A DNA stretch of 47,539 bases from Bacillota bacterium (GTDB taxonomy: Bacteria; Bacillota; Thermosediminibacteria; Thermosediminibacterales; Tepidanaerobacteraceae): positions 1-47,539 of the forward strand of contig JAMNZY010000040.1 in assembly GCA_023622055.1 (NCBI GenBank), given 5' to 3'. Numbering within the stretch: the first letter of the stretch is position 1; every line of letters starts with the position of its first letter. The notes under the pieces are model-generated. The model saw only the letters and a program-made list of their open reading frames with translations. It made no database searches and was not told the origin of the DNA. Below, piece by piece: positions 25,445 through 35,275 of this stretch. The position numbers and the translations under genes were made by a program.

Positions 25445-26929
25445 TTAAGTTTTTAATTTCAAGCTATTCAAGTTGATACCTAAAGCCATAGCAAGTATTA
25501 AGTAACCGCTGAGGCCAAAAAACAGGTCAGCAATTATACATATAATTTTAGGAAGTTCTAGAGTTACAAGAGGCAAGTAAACTTCGCCCATTATGTAAGC
25601 CATAAAGATGCAGCATATCATGGGCTTTAACACTATTTCTATCCGGTTAAATTTTCTTCCAAAGGTTTGTTCTATTTGCCCAACACTCATATATATAGCT
25701 ATGGCAGATGCAGTAATTAAAGCAGCAGAATAACCGTAAATACCCATTGGTGTTTTAGAAGTTAAAAAATACAGGATTATATTTGTAGTAAACAAAGTGG
25801 TCACAGCTGTTTGAATGGGTGTGGCATTGTTGCCTATACCCCTCAGTATTGACATTAAGATGCTTTCTATGTAAAAAAAGGGGATGCCAGCTGCAAAAGC
25901 AATAATAAGGTGCTGGAGTTCAAAGTTGGGAAACAGGAGTTCTGCCACAGGTTTTGCAAGAGCAATGAAAAATCCAGTGACTGCGAAAGCATAGAAGGAG
26001 GTGAGAAATAGCGCTTGTTGTGACAGCTTAAAAGCATACTCTTTATTTTCCATAGCTAAGGCTCTGGCGATTTGCGGGATAATATTTGATGACATAGCTC
26101 TTATAAAAAGGGCCGGAAAAAATATCAGTGGCATTACCATACCGGAGGTTTCCCCATATAGAGCTAAGCTTTCTGAAGATGAAAGGCCTGACATGGTAAG
26201 ACCTTTTGGAACTAAAAGGGCCTCAAGGGAGTGGGAAATGGAACTGACTATTTGACTAAAGGATATGGGGATGGCAATAGTTAAAATATCGCTGATGTTT
26301 TTTATGAGAGCTTTTTTTCTACTTAAATTACAAGGACCAATGTTTTTAGAAAAGAATGAAAAAAGCAAGACTAGAGACACAAATTCTCCCATTGTCAGAG
26401 CAGTTACTGCACCACGGGTTTTCCCTTCAAATTTTAGAAATAAATCGCTGCTTATGAAGAGCACTCCTAAGAAAGTGCGAAATATGCACTCTAATATGTA
26501 CGACCACTGTACCGGCGCCGTATTTTGTATGCCGAAAAAATATCCCCTTATGACAGCCGAATAACCTACAAATACTGAAGCAGGCAGAATTATCAGCAGC
26601 AGTTTCAGCTCCAGAATATTTGATAAAAAGACAAGAAAAGTTACTCCTAAAAGGGAAAAAGCTGTTGTCAGTGAAAAGGCTGAAATTACTATTTCAGCTG
26701 TTTTTGGAGTATCAGCCCGGTTTTCTGCCACCAACTTTGATACTGATACAGGAATCCCTGCTGTTATAAAAGTTATTGCTGTGCCAAAAAAAGCCAGGGT
26801 TTGTTGATAAATTCCCATACCTTCAGAACCTAAGTATTTTGACAAAACAAGTCTGTAAAAAAAACCAATTGTGCCGGTGACAAAATTTGTCGCTGCTAAA
26901 AATACTGTATTTAGTGCCCAATGGCTCAT
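25445..26929 (-). CDS. SpoVB/MurJ-like MOP-superfamily flippase
   Basis: GFFYRLVLSKYLGSEGMGIYQ, GIPVSVSKLVAE, RGYFFG, GMVMPLIFFP; ~14 TM. Confidence 0.8.
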   Translation of the reverse strand: MSHWALNTVFLAATNFVTGTIGFFYRLVLSKYLGSEGMGIYQQTLAFFGTAITFITAGIPVSVSKLVAENRADTPKTAEIVISAFSLTTAFSLLGVTFLVFLSNILELKLLLIILPASVFVGYSAVIRGYFFGIQNTAPVQWSYILECIFRTFLGVLFISSDLFLKFEGKTRGAVTALTMGEFVSLVLLFSFFSKNIGPCNLSRKKALIKNISDILTIAIPISFSQIVSSISHSLEALLVPKGLTMSGLSSSESLALYGETSGMVMPLIFFPALFIRAMSSNIIPQIARALAMENKEYAFKLSQQALFLTSFYAFAVTGFFIALAKPVAELLFPNFELQHLIIAFAAGIPFFYIESILMSILRGIGNNATPIQTAVTTLFTTNIILYFLTSKTPMGIYGYSAALITASAIAIYMSVGQIEQTFGRKFNRIEIVLKPMICCIFMAYIMGEVYLPLVTLELPKIICIIADLFFGLSGYLILAMALGINLNSLKLKT

Positions 26930-26961
26930 TTCAAACATCCTTTCTCAATAGATGCATATAT

Positions 26962-26991
26962 ATAATATTCAGCAGCAGACACCTTTTATGA
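26962..26991 (-). promoter_or_regulatory. Possible sigmaE promoter of the spoVB-like gene
   Basis: Minus strand TCATAAA-15 bp-AATATTAT. Confidence 0.4.
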
Positions 26992-27046
26992 TGATACAAG
27001 TCAGAACTTTATAAAATTGACTAGAAAAATATGTTATGATATATTT

Positions 27047-27064
27047 ATGTTAAATTAATCACAA
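27047..27064 (+). promoter_or_regulatory. Rex operator (autoregulation)
   Basis: ATGTTAA-ATTA-ATCACAA resembles TTGT(T/G)AA-N4-TT(A/C)ACAA; lies just downstream of TTGACT-17-TATATT promoter (27017-27045). Confidence 0.65.
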
Positions 27065-27077
27065 ACGGGGTGATATT

Positions 27078-27800
27078 GTGGAGCAGCCCGGTGAAATAAA
27101 AAAGGTTTCAATGGCAGTGATTAAGCGTTTGCCAAAATATTATAAATATCTCGGGGAACTCATGAGAAAAAATGTAGAGCGGGTATCATCTCAAGAACTC
27201 AGTAAAATTTTAGGTTTTACCGCTTCTCAAATAAGGCAAGATTTAAATAATTTTGGCGAATTTGGCCAACAGGGATACGGTTATAACGTATCTCAGCTGT
27301 ATACAGAAATCGCTAAAATTTTGGGCATAACTACCAATCACAAAATGGTGGTTATTGGGGCAGGGAATCTAGGGCAGGCTCTGGCAAATTACACCGGTTT
27401 TTCCATACACGGTTTTGATATAATCGGCATTTTTGACAAAAATCCAAATCTTGTTGGTCGCAAAATCAACGATATCCCTATATATCCTGTGGAAGACATG
27501 GAATATTTCATCAATAAAAACAATGTGGATATCGCGGTCCTTACAGTGCCTAGAGATGAAACAGAGAGTATTGTAAACAGATTAACAAATACAGCCATTC
27601 GGGGTATATGGAATTTTACTCCTGTAGAAATCAATATTGAAGATAGAGACATAGTTGTTGAAAATGTTCATCTCATTGATAGCTTGCTGACTTTAAGTTA
27701 CCGCATAAACGAGAGTTGGCTTCAAGAAAGACTTTTGAAACAAAAACGGAAAGACAAGCCCTTCGGTCATGGAAAAAACACTACATATATGGTAAAATAG
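27078..27800 (+). CDS. rex: Redox-sensing transcriptional repressor Rex
   Basis: IKRLPKYY, VSSQELS, SQIRQDLNNFGEFGQQGYGY, GAGNLG, GIWNF. Confidence 0.95.
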   Translation: MEQPGEIKKVSMAVIKRLPKYYKYLGELMRKNVERVSSQELSKILGFTASQIRQDLNNFGEFGQQGYGYNVSQLYTEIAKILGITTNHKMVVIGAGNLGQALANYTGFSIHGFDIIGIFDKNPNLVGRKINDIPIYPVEDMEYFINKNNVDIAVLTVPRDETESIVNRLTNTAIRGIWNFTPVEINIEDRDIVVENVHLIDSLLTLSYRINESWLQERLLKQKRKDKPFGHGKNTTYMVK

Positions 27801-27839
27801 TAAAATAGAGTAAATATTTAATTTTTTGGAGGGCTTTTT

Positions 27840-28820
27840 GTGAAAAGACTACCCCAGGCCATAATTATTTTCTTTATTGTTTTTATACTGACAGGATGCA
27901 GTGGGCAGTCAAATGTAGATACAAATTCTGTTTCTGAAGATATTTCTTCTGTCTCATCTAGTAAAAAAGTTTTAATATATTATATAAAGGATGGATATCT
28001 GACTCCGGTAACCTACAATATTGACCACTCACGGTCTGAAATAAGTTCAGCCCTTGAGCTGTTATTTTCTGGAACTATACCAGATGAATTTGAAAATCCT
28101 TTGGCAAATACACGGCTTAACACTTTAGAGATAAAAGGTGATTCTGTTTCTCTAGATATTTCAGTGGATTCCTTTGCAGGAGATAGAGGAGAACTGGCAA
28201 TAAACCAGATTTTATACACATTGACTGATTGCCAAAATGTGACGAAGGTAAATATCAGCATTGATGGGAAACCCTATGCTACCTCCCTTGAGCGACCTGC
28301 ATATATAAATTTAAAGGATCCTGAATCTTACGAGAAAGATAAGGAGAATTCCGAGGAATTAGATAAGTATCTTACAATATATTATCCCGACAAAACCACA
28401 AAATACTTGATTCCCGTTACTATTAAATCTGATAAAATCCAGGCACTGTCGGAAAACAATGGTAGAGCTCTATCTATTAAAGCTGAAGATAAAGGGAAAG
28501 CAGCTCTAGAGCATCTCATAGAAGGTGCAGGGGAAATTGGAAGTTTAGGCACTTTTGATGATAAGATGATAAAGAGTTTGCAGATAAGAGAAGGTGTTGC
28601 AGTAGTTGATTTAGACAGCATTGTAATCATTAAATTTAGTGATAAAAGCCAGTATGCGGAGATTGCAGTTGAATCTGTTGTGCGGACACTAACTTCCATA
28701 GATGAAATTGAAAAAGTACAATTTCTAGTCGGTGGCGTGAAATTAGGATATATAACTGGCAGCATAAACATTCAAAATCCAATACAACCTGATAAATGGT
28801 ACAATTTTTTACAAGATTAA
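27840..28820 (+). CDS. Lipoprotein with two GerMN domains
   Basis: Lipobox LTGC; YLTPVT...ILYTLT...V.ISIDG and YLIPVT...VVRTLTSIDEIEKVQFLVGG. Confidence 0.8.
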   Translation: MKRLPQAIIIFFIVFILTGCSGQSNVDTNSVSEDISSVSSSKKVLIYYIKDGYLTPVTYNIDHSRSEISSALELLFSGTIPDEFENPLANTRLNTLEIKGDSVSLDISVDSFAGDRGELAINQILYTLTDCQNVTKVNISIDGKPYATSLERPAYINLKDPESYEKDKENSEELDKYLTIYYPDKTTKYLIPVTIKSDKIQALSENNGRALSIKAEDKGKAALEHLIEGAGEIGSLGTFDDKMIKSLQIREGVAVVDLDSIVIIKFSDKSQYAEIAVESVVRTLTSIDEIEKVQFLVGGVKLGYITGSINIQNPIQPDKWYNFLQD

Positions 28821-28826
28821 AAGTGG

Positions 28827-28851
28827 AAGACTGCTTCTGCAGTCTTTTTTT
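28827..28851 (+). terminator. Rho-independent terminator
   Basis: AAGACTGC-ttct-GCAGTCTT + T-run. Confidence 0.75.
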
Positions 28852-28978
28852 ATTTTGATTTTCAATTTTACAATTCTATTACACTTGTCTTTTTCTAGAG
28901 GATTTCAAAAGATAAAGTCGAAGTATATAGTAAAAACATAGACATAAATTCGAGGCTGTAACAATCACAGGAGGTTTT

Positions 28979-30919
28979 ATGACAATGAATAAAAAAGTAT
29001 CTTTTGCGGCACTGTTACTTTTGCTGTTAATTAGCATCCCTATTTTTTGCATGGCATCGACAAATCCCATTGAGATATACATAAATGGCCAAAAAATTAA
29101 TTCTGATGTCCCCCCTATGATTGTAAACGATAGGACCATTGCCCCCGTTCGTGTAATTTCCGAAAATCTTGGAGCGCAAGTTACCTGGGATAACGACAAC
29201 AGACTTGTTGAAATAACCACTCCTTCAAAAAAGATTATTTTAAAAATTGATGATACAAAAGCCTTAGTAAATGGTCAGGAAGTAATTTTGGACGTGCCGG
29301 CAAAGATAGTAAATGACAGGACAATGGTTCCCCTGCGCTTTATAGGGGAAACCTTAGGTGCTAAAGTGGACTGGGACAACAACTTGCGAAGGGTTATAAT
29401 TAACCGCACCAGCACTAAAATTATAGATTTGGCATATGAGGTAATTGAAGGCAGGAAAACAGTTGTCATAAAAGGGGATAGTCCTTTAGAATACTTCATG
29501 GTAGAAACCCAAGAAGACAACAGATTTGCAATTGATGTAAAAGGTAATCTTGACAATTCGAATAATCCATTATTTGTCAATGACAGTTATTTAGACAAAG
29601 TTGTAGCAGGGGAAATTGCCTCTAATCCGCCTATTACCCGAATTGTTTTAGAACTTCAGCCTAATGTAACTGTTAAAGCAAATACTTCCTCTGATAAAAC
29701 ATGTATTTATTTGTCATTTACATCTTTTGACAATATTTTAGAGGATTTAACCTTTGACAGTAAACGACGGGAGTTTTTAGCAACTATCGAAACCACAAAA
29801 GCAACTAGCGCGGATTATTTTTTCTTGTCAAATCCTGACAGATTAGTTTTAGACATAAAAGATATCCTACTTACAGAAACCCCTGTTCCGAAAATCCCTA
29901 AAAATGACTTTGTGGAAGATGTCCGAATAGGTCAATTTGCCGAAGATACAGTGCGGGTGGTATTTGACTTAAAGAATGATTTAAGTTATCAAGTTGTTCA
30001 AGATGGCAACGTTTTTTCAATTATATTTTCCAAAGCACCGTCTGTGGAAGATATAAAAGTAACAAGTCAAGGAGATAAAACCTATATAGAGATTTTAGCA
30101 AGTGACAAAACAGATTATGAATTAAAAGAGGACAAACTCAAAAGACAGCTTAAAGTTGTTATACCTGGTGCAGCTAACCTCTTAGACCGCAATGTGATAA
30201 AAATAGCTGATGGCATCATAGACCACATTGAACTTGCCAAAGTGAAAGGCGATAAAAATTACAACCTGGAGATAATTATAAACTTGAACGCTTTTCCAAG
30301 TTATGAAATTCTATCATCATCTCCTACGGACAATATAGAACTTGCGTTTTACAGCAGCTCCTCTTTGACGCCTTTGAAAAATAAACTTATAGTTATCGAT
30401 CCAGGTCATGGGGGCAGTGATCCGGGGGCCGTAGTTGGAAACGTTAAAGAAAAAGATTTGAACCTGGATATCGCTTTGAAATTGAAAACTCTTTTAGAGG
30501 CAAATGGTGCAAAAGTCTTCATGACCAGAGAAGATGATACCTTTGTCAATTTATATGCTCGCGCAGAAATGGCAAATGAACTCAACGCTGATTTGTTTAT
30601 AAGCATTCATCACAATGCGGCAACCAGCAACGCAACGGGAACAGAGACTTTGTATTACCCGGATCCAGAGAAAAAGCTATTTGCCCAGGCACTGCAAAGA
30701 GCAGTTGTAAGTTACACAGGATTTCACAACAGAGGTATTATTGAGCGACCTGGTATCGTTGTTACAAGGGAGACAAAAATGCCGTCAGCATTAGTGGAGG
30801 TTGGATTTTTGACAAACCAAAATGACCTTGCCCATATAATGACTGATGAATTTAAGCAAAAGGTTGCCCAGGGAATACTTCAAGGTATTGTTGATTATAT
30901 TAGCGGAAAGACTAATTGA
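28979..30919 (+). CDS. Secreted N-acetylmuramoyl-L-alanine amidase (copper-amine-oxidase N-terminal/stalk domain, AMIN domains, Amidase_3)
   Basis: Signal peptide; DRTMVPLRFIGETLGAKVDWD; LSNPDRLVLD...VRIGQF...VRVVFDL; IDPGHGGSDPGA, SIHHNA, LVEVGFLTN. Confidence 0.9.
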   Translation: MTMNKKVSFAALLLLLLISIPIFCMASTNPIEIYINGQKINSDVPPMIVNDRTIAPVRVISENLGAQVTWDNDNRLVEITTPSKKIILKIDDTKALVNGQEVILDVPAKIVNDRTMVPLRFIGETLGAKVDWDNNLRRVIINRTSTKIIDLAYEVIEGRKTVVIKGDSPLEYFMVETQEDNRFAIDVKGNLDNSNNPLFVNDSYLDKVVAGEIASNPPITRIVLELQPNVTVKANTSSDKTCIYLSFTSFDNILEDLTFDSKRREFLATIETTKATSADYFFLSNPDRLVLDIKDILLTETPVPKIPKNDFVEDVRIGQFAEDTVRVVFDLKNDLSYQVVQDGNVFSIIFSKAPSVEDIKVTSQGDKTYIEILASDKTDYELKEDKLKRQLKVVIPGAANLLDRNVIKIADGIIDHIELAKVKGDKNYNLEIIINLNAFPSYEILSSSPTDNIELAFYSSSSLTPLKNKLIVIDPGHGGSDPGAVVGNVKEKDLNLDIALKLKTLLEANGAKVFMTREDDTFVNLYARAEMANELNADLFISIHHNAATSNATGTETLYYPDPEKKLFAQALQRAVVSYTGFHNRGIIERPGIVVTRETKMPSALVEVGFLTNQNDLAHIMTDEFKQKVAQGILQGIVDYISGKTN

Positions 30920-30991
30920 CAGACAATGGGTGTTTTGATATTATTTACGTTGAATTTAATGGAAATTCATTAACTGTAGGAGGAATTAGTT

Positions 30992-31513
30992 TTGCTTTCG
31001 TTAGTGGGGGGATATCTCTTTATCTTTTTTGCTCGTGTAGTGGATATGTCTTTGGCCACTACCAGGACATTAATGCTTGTTCGAGGCAAAGGCCTGATAG
31101 CTGCATGCATCGGATTTTTTGAAGTCATAATTTACATTACAGCTTTAAATAAAGTAGTTGGCGGTCTAGATAATCCGGCAAATTTACTGGCGTACGCCCT
31201 GGGCTATGCTACAGGAAATTTTGTGGGAAGTTTCATCGAAGATAAACTTGCTCTGGGCCTTACTACTGTTCAGATAATTTCTGAGCGACATGATATTGGC
31301 CAAAAGATTCGGGACATGGGTTTTGGTGTGACATCTATAGAAGGTAAAGGCAGAGAAGGCATTAAAGAAATTTTAATTGTTTCTTTGCCTAGGAGACAAC
31401 TGAAAAACCTCATGGATTTCATCGATGAAAATGACAGCACTGCTTTTATCACTATCATGGATACTAGGGCAAGCAAAGGGGGATACTTTAAACAGACAAT
31501 GAAACACAAATAA
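30992..31513 (+). CDS. UPF0316/DUF2179 membrane protein
   Basis: IFFARVVDMSLAT, GFFEVII, YALGYATGNFVG, GFGVT..EGKG. Confidence 0.85.
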   Translation: MLSLVGGYLFIFFARVVDMSLATTRTLMLVRGKGLIAACIGFFEVIIYITALNKVVGGLDNPANLLAYALGYATGNFVGSFIEDKLALGLTTVQIISERHDIGQKIRDMGFGVTSIEGKGREGIKEILIVSLPRRQLKNLMDFIDENDSTAFITIMDTRASKGGYFKQTMKHK

Positions 31514-31585
31514 AAACTTTGTCGGCATAAAAAACCTCTTCACCTTAATATATATTAACTAAATGCAGAAAGAGGAGGTTTTCGT

Positions 31586-32587
31586 ATGCCGAGAAAGTTT
31601 ATTTGTCTGTTAATGATACTTTTTTTATTGACAGGTGCTGTAGGGTGTGGTTTTTTCAGTAGAGAAACTCCCCAGGAGGAGCTTCCTGACTCAGAACAGG
31701 ATTCGGAAGAAACTTTGGCCCACCTGAGAAAAACGGTTTTTTATTTTGTCAATGAACGGGGATTTCTGGTACCTGTTACAAGGGATATTCCATGGGTTGA
31801 AGGAATAGGAAGAGCAGCTTTAGAAAGTCTAGTAGACAGTGAAGAGCTTAGAATAGAATTGGCAGAAAAGGGTCTTAGAGCTCCCTTGCCCGAAGGCACA
31901 CAGGTATTGGGAATGACCATACGAGATGGTTTGGCCAAAGTGGACTTTAATTCTAATTTTTTGCAATCACCAGACTTAGAAGCTGAACAAAATGCCATAG
32001 ACGCCGTTGTATACACACTTACTGAATTTCCTTCAGTTGATGAAGTTCAGATATTAGTGGAAGGAAAGCAAATAGACAAAACACCTAATGGCAATCAGTT
32101 AAAGGAAGTATTTAAAAGGCAAAATATAAATTTGGAAAGGCCTGTTGCTGCTTCGCCAGATTTGGTGCCGGTAACTTTATATTTTAAAGGTGGCAGTTCT
32201 GGTGGGAGTTTTAGCTATTTTGTGCCGGTGACCAGAATGATACCTAAAACCGATAATCAAATTAAAACTGCTTTAGAAGAATTGATAAAAGGTCCTGCAG
32301 AAGATACAGGTCTTGTATCCCTATTGCCAAAAGATACAAAAGTACTTGATGTATTACAAAACAATGGCCAGGTGCTAGTAAACTTTTCTAAGGAGATTGA
32401 GGGATACGGCGGCGGAATAGATGTGGAACAATCCATCGTAAATTCCGTTGTCCTTACCGTTTCAGAATTTCCTGAAGTGGAGACAGTATCAATACAAGTT
32501 GAAGGGAAAGCAGGAGCTTTACCTGAAGGCACTGTCCTTGAAACACCCATATTCAAACCCCTATATGTTAATCCAGACAGCCTTTAA
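31586..32587 (+). CDS. gerM: Spore germination lipoprotein GerM (two GerMN domains)
   Basis: Lipobox AVGC; FLVPVTR, VYTLTEFP...VQILVEG; synteny with rph; sigmaE-like GCATAAA-15-AATATATA upstream (31525-31554). Confidence 0.8.
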   Translation: MPRKFICLLMILFLLTGAVGCGFFSRETPQEELPDSEQDSEETLAHLRKTVFYFVNERGFLVPVTRDIPWVEGIGRAALESLVDSEELRIELAEKGLRAPLPEGTQVLGMTIRDGLAKVDFNSNFLQSPDLEAEQNAIDAVVYTLTEFPSVDEVQILVEGKQIDKTPNGNQLKEVFKRQNINLERPVAASPDLVPVTLYFKGGSSGGSFSYFVPVTRMIPKTDNQIKTALEELIKGPAEDTGLVSLLPKDTKVLDVLQNNGQVLVNFSKEIEGYGGGIDVEQSIVNSVVLTVSEFPEVETVSIQVEGKAGALPEGTVLETPIFKPLYVNPDSL

Positions 32588-32623
32588 AAATTAATATATA
32601 AATATATCTGTTATTAAGAGAGG

Positions 32624-33349
32624 ATGGATATTTTGCCAAGAATAGATGGAAGGGCCAATGATGAAATTCGCCCTATAACCATAACTAGAAATTTTAACAA
32701 ATACGCGGAAGGTTCAGTGCTAATTGAAGCAGGAGATACGAAAGTAATCTGCACGGCCACGGTGGACGAAAAAGTTCCACCTTTTTTAAGAGGCAAAGGG
32801 CAAGGGTGGATTACTGCCGAGTACTCCATGCTGCCCAGGGCTACAGAAATACGAAATGTGCGAGAAACTTTAAGACCTAGCGGAAGGACTATGGAAATTC
32901 AGCGCTTAATAGGGAGGGCTTTAAGGTCAGTTATAGACCTTTCAGCTCTAGGAGAAAGGACCATCTGGCTTGATTGTGATGTAATTCAAGCAGATGGCGG
33001 TACTCGAACTGCTGCCATAACTGGTGCTTTTATTGCTTTAGCTGATGCAATCAATTTTTTAAAAAAGAATAATACAATAGAGACAAATCCCATAAACAAT
33101 TATGTAGCAGCCATAAGTGCAGGAATAGTTGATGGTGAGAAATTACTAGATTTAAATTTTGAAGAGGATTCTCAAGCACAAGTTGACATGAATGTAATAA
33201 TGACTGATACAGGTCAAATTGTTGAGATTCAAGGGACAGGAGAAGCCTTTCCCTTTTCAAGGCAAGACATGGATGATTTGATGAATTTAGCTTCTAAGGG
33301 AATATCTGAGCTTATTCAAATACAAAAAAATTTACTTTTAGATATTTAA
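32624..33349 (+). CDS. rph: Ribonuclease PH
   Basis: [54 protein letters not shown]. Confidence 0.95.
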   Translation: MDILPRIDGRANDEIRPITITRNFNKYAEGSVLIEAGDTKVICTATVDEKVPPFLRGKGQGWITAEYSMLPRATEIRNVRETLRPSGRTMEIQRLIGRALRSVIDLSALGERTIWLDCDVIQADGGTRTAAITGAFIALADAINFLKKNNTIETNPINNYVAAISAGIVDGEKLLDLNFEEDSQAQVDMNVIMTDTGQIVEIQGTGEAFPFSRQDMDDLMNLASKGISELIQIQKNLLLDI

Positions 33350-33364
33350 CAGGAGACTAATATA

Positions 33365-33955
33365 ATGAATACTTTAGTCATTGCAACAAAAAATCACGGC
33401 AAATTTTTAGAGTTTAAAAAGATGCTGGGGCCTGCTAAATTTAATATCATTTCCCTATTAGACTTTACTAATATAGATATTGAAGAGACTGGCTCAACTT
33501 TTGACGAAAATGCCCTTATTAAAGCATCTACTGTTTGCCAAAAAACCGGTTTGCCTACACTGGCCGATGATTCTGGTCTTCAGGTTCCCATCTTAAATGG
33601 CGAGCCTGGTATTTATACGGCCAGATATGCCGGGGAGGGCGCCACTGATAAAGATAATATAGAAAAACTTCTCAAAAATTTAACAGGTGTCCCTTTAGAT
33701 AAAAGACAGGCTCAATTTGTATGCAGCCTGGCTCTTGTTTTTCCAGAAGGGGCAACGTTTTTGGAAAGAGGTATCCTGGAAGGTCTCATCACTTTAAGCC
33801 CCAGGGGGACAGGAGGCTTTGGATACGATCCCGTTTTTTTAGTGCCTGAAATAAACAAAACCCTTGCAGAGATTTCTCCAGATGAAAAAAACAGGATAAG
33901 TCATCGGGCAAAAGCCATGGAAAAAATAAAAAAACACCTTATTGAGCATATGTAG
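33365..33955 (+). CDS. rdgB: XTP/dITP diphosphatase (RdgB/HAM1)
   Basis: ATKN.GK, EETG.TF.ENA..KA, ADDSGL, GFGYDP, KNRISHR. Confidence 0.95.
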   Translation: MNTLVIATKNHGKFLEFKKMLGPAKFNIISLLDFTNIDIEETGSTFDENALIKASTVCQKTGLPTLADDSGLQVPILNGEPGIYTARYAGEGATDKDNIEKLLKNLTGVPLDKRQAQFVCSLALVFPEGATFLERGILEGLITLSPRGTGGFGYDPVFLVPEINKTLAEISPDEKNRISHRAKAMEKIKKHLIEHM

Positions 33956-33965
33956 GAGGATTGTT

Positions 33966-34436
33966 TTGAGAATCGGTGTATTAAGTGATACTCATGGAAT
34001 TACATCTATTGCTGAAAAAGCCTTGGCCCAAATGGGGAATATAGATATACTTCTTCACGCTGGAGATTTAGCCACAGATGCTCGACATTTTGAAAACAAA
34101 GAGTACAAGCTATACTTCGTAGCAGGGAACTGTGACTATGATGTCTTTGAGCCTACGGAAAAAATGTTGGAGATTCAGAACAAGAAAATCCTTTTAACCC
34201 ATGGGCACAGATACAGAGTAAAATACGGATATGATAGGCTGCTTAGTAGAGCAAAGGAAATTTCCGCTGACATAGTGGTATTTGGTCATACTCACGTGCC
34301 GGAAAATACATATATTGATAATATACTACTTTTCAACCCGGGAAGTACCACACTGCCGAAAAATGGCGGCCCTGGCACTTATGGCATATTAGAAATTATC
34401 AATGGGCATATTAAAGCGCAAATAAATACAATATAA
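33966..34436 (+). CDS. YfcE/YsnB-family metallophosphoesterase
   Basis: SDTHG, HAGD, GNCD, THGH, FGHTH, NPGS. Confidence 0.9.
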   Translation: MRIGVLSDTHGITSIAEKALAQMGNIDILLHAGDLATDARHFENKEYKLYFVAGNCDYDVFEPTEKMLEIQNKKILLTHGHRYRVKYGYDRLLSRAKEISADIVVFGHTHVPENTYIDNILLFNPGSTTLPKNGGPGTYGILEIINGHIKAQINTI

Positions 34437-34469
34437 TCGAGGTTTTTACATATAAACAGAAAAATATGT

Positions 34470-34531
34470 TTGAAATACCACTAAAGTTATGCTAAAATAA
34501 TCTTGACTCACAAAGTTATTTCATGTATACT
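34470..34531 (+). promoter_or_regulatory. Tandem sigmaA promoters of the tRNA cluster
   Basis: TTGAAA-17-TAAAAT (34470-34498) and TTGACT-17-TATACT (34503-34531). Confidence 0.65.
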
Positions 34532-34551
34532 ATACAATGTCTTTAATACGT

Positions 34552-34628
34552 CGGGGCATAGCGCAGTTTGGTAGCGCACATGGTTTGGGACCATGGGGTC
34601 GGGGGTTCGAATCCCTCTGCCCCGACCA
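34552..34628 (+). tRNA. tRNA-Pro(TGG)
   Basis: CATGG-TT TGG GA-CCATG; CCA. Confidence 0.95.
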
Positions 34629-34629
34629 G

Positions 34630-34706
34630 GCGGGAGTAGCTCAGCTGGCTAGAGCGTCAGCCTTCCAAGCTGAATGTCGCGGGTTCGAATCCCGTCTCCC
34701 GCTCCA
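34630..34706 (+). tRNA. tRNA-Gly(TCC)
   Basis: TCAGC-CT TCC AA-GCTGA; U73 + CCA. Confidence 0.95.
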
Positions 34707-34707
34707 T

Positions 34708-34784
<77 letters not shown>

Positions 34785-34787
34785 TAT

Positions 34788-34865
34788 GGTGGGTATAGCT
34801 CAGGTGGTTAGAGCGCCAGATTGTGGCTCTGGAGGTCGTGGGTTCAAGTCCCACTATCCACCCCA
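34788..34865 (+). tRNA. tRNA-His(GTG)
   Basis: CCAGA-TT GTG GC-TCTGG; encoded G-1:C73; CCA. Confidence 0.95.
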
Positions 34866-34896
34866 TAAATATAGTATCAACTTATATGAGTTACGC

Positions 34897-34971
34897 TGGG
34901 GTGTCGCCAAGCGGTAAGGCACAGGACTTTGGCTCCTGCATTCGTAGGTTCGAATCCTACCGCCCCAGCCA
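34897..34971 (+). tRNA. tRNA-Gln(TTG)
   Basis: CAGGA-CT TTG GC-TCCTG; U1-A72; CCA. Confidence 0.95.
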
Positions 34972-34976
34972 AATAA

Positions 34977-35052
34977 GGGTCATTAGCTCAGGTGGCAGAG
35001 CACCTGACTTTTAATCAGGGAGCCGGAGGTTCGAGTCCTCCATGACCCACCA
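34977..35052 (+). tRNA. tRNA-Lys(TTT)
   Basis: CCTGA-CT TTT AA-TCAGG; CCA. Confidence 0.95.
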
Positions 35053-35053
35053 T

Positions 35054-35138
35054 GCGGGCATGGCGGAACTGGCAGACGCGCCAGACTTAGGATCTGGTGG
35101 ATTATCCCGTGGAGGTTCAAATCCTCTTGCCCGCACCA
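35054..35138 (+). tRNA. tRNA-Leu(TAG)
   Basis: CCAGA-CT TAG GA-TCTGG; long variable arm; CCA. Confidence 0.95.
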
Positions 35139-35162
35139 TATTTAAATAAAGTGGATTTTACT

Positions 35163-35192
35163 ACCTCGGTCCATACCGAGGTGTTATTTTAT
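35163..35192 (+). terminator. Terminator after tRNA cluster
   Basis: ACCTCGGT-ccat-ACCGAGGT then T-rich tract. Confidence 0.65.
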
Positions 35193-35275
35193 TACATAAA
35201 TTTTTTGGTATGCATATATTTTTTATGCTATAATATCAAAAGAAATGGAATTTACGGTAATTGTAAGGGAGGAAC

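Noticed and set aside
23895-25445. brnQ as an island integrated at tRNA-Ala(GGC)
   Set aside because: No integrase and no duplicated tRNA 3' end seen
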